Shown here: positions 63,336 through 64,000 of the stretch, one piece after another
Layout of the letters: every line of letters begins with the position of its first letter
How positions within the stretch are numbered: the stretch's first letter is position 1
Source: Scyliorhinus canicula
Taxonomy: Eukaryota
DNA length: 64,000 bases
Assembly (NCBI RefSeq): GCF_902713615.1
Contig: NC_052149.1
Coordinates: forward strand, 117,975,930 to 118,039,929
Reading direction: 5' to 3'
Translations under genes and position numbers: made by a program
Notes under the pieces: model-generated
The model's input: the letters and a program-made list of their open reading frames with translations, nothing else
Databases searched by the model: none
What the model was told of the DNA's origin: nothing

Positions 63336-63734
63336 GTAAAAGAGAGTGAAAAATTGCAACACAAACGATGGGTGAGAGAGGGAGCAACAAAAACTAGAGC
63401 AAGAGAGAGTTTGGATTAGCCTGTGACGTATAATGCTTCAGTACATCAGTCAGGCAGCTTTTGTGATAATCTCTGAGGAATAGACCTCAGCTCTCTGAAG
63501 CAAGTTTCTGTATTGGACTAAGACTGGGTCAATGAATTGAAGTAGGTTTAGCTTCAATTTATTCATCAATTTTATAACTTGCTGTCATATAAAAAGTCGA
63601 TAAACTATATGAAATCTTTAGCTAAAGTTATTTATATCCATTATATTTTTGTCTACGCAGTTGGATTTACATGACGTTTTATTTATTCCTTTTATCCTTC
63701 GGTCTTCACATTCTTTTATGTTCACTCCTCGATT

Positions 63735-64000
63735 TGTAGTGGTGAATGGCTGTTTTTTTTAGACTAGAGTACGGTAACAGTGGGGTTCCACAGATGCCGG
63801 TATTAAAACCAAGGCTGTTCTTGATATATCAATGACTTCAATGCACAAGACACATTTCAAAATTTATAGATGATAAAACTTGCGAAGTGAGCGGGAAACC
63901 TCAAGAGAACATGGACAGGCTGTGGAATAGACAGACAGATGAAAGATGAAATCTAATGCAGAAAAGTGTGAACTGATACATTTTAATAGACATAAGGAGA
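63735..64000 (+). mobile_element. Degraded CR1 RT fragment
   Basis: SGVPQ-, IYINDF-, KFIDDK- and NAEKCELIHF-like remnants. Confidence 0.7.

Overview
Repeat-dense vertebrate DNA. The HE1-type tRNA SINEs and the CR1/L1/L2/Rex1/Penelope mix point to a cartilaginous fish, probably a catshark (inference). I recognise no host protein-coding gene, rRNA, true tRNA gene or CRISPR array; every recognisable ORF is transposon-derived. The window holds nested LINE fragments, about 25 HE1-related SINEs with four different 3' tails, one internally deleted Ty3/Gypsy provirus, several solo LTRs, DNA-transposon remnants, and AT-rich unique islands that look like conserved enhancers, so it is probably a large intron or gene desert. 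Best leads: (1) a TSD-flanked ORF1-only 'half-L1' (46694-48542); (2) one SINE head joined to CR1-, Rex1/Babar- or poly(A)/L1-type tails; (3) a minimal Penelope-type hammerhead ribozyme (63296-63332, minus); (4) a 78-bp-arm hairpin in unique DNA (55042-55302); (5) an inverted templated insertion inside an L1. Boundaries of degraded repeats are approximate, and family names are from memory, not from a database search.
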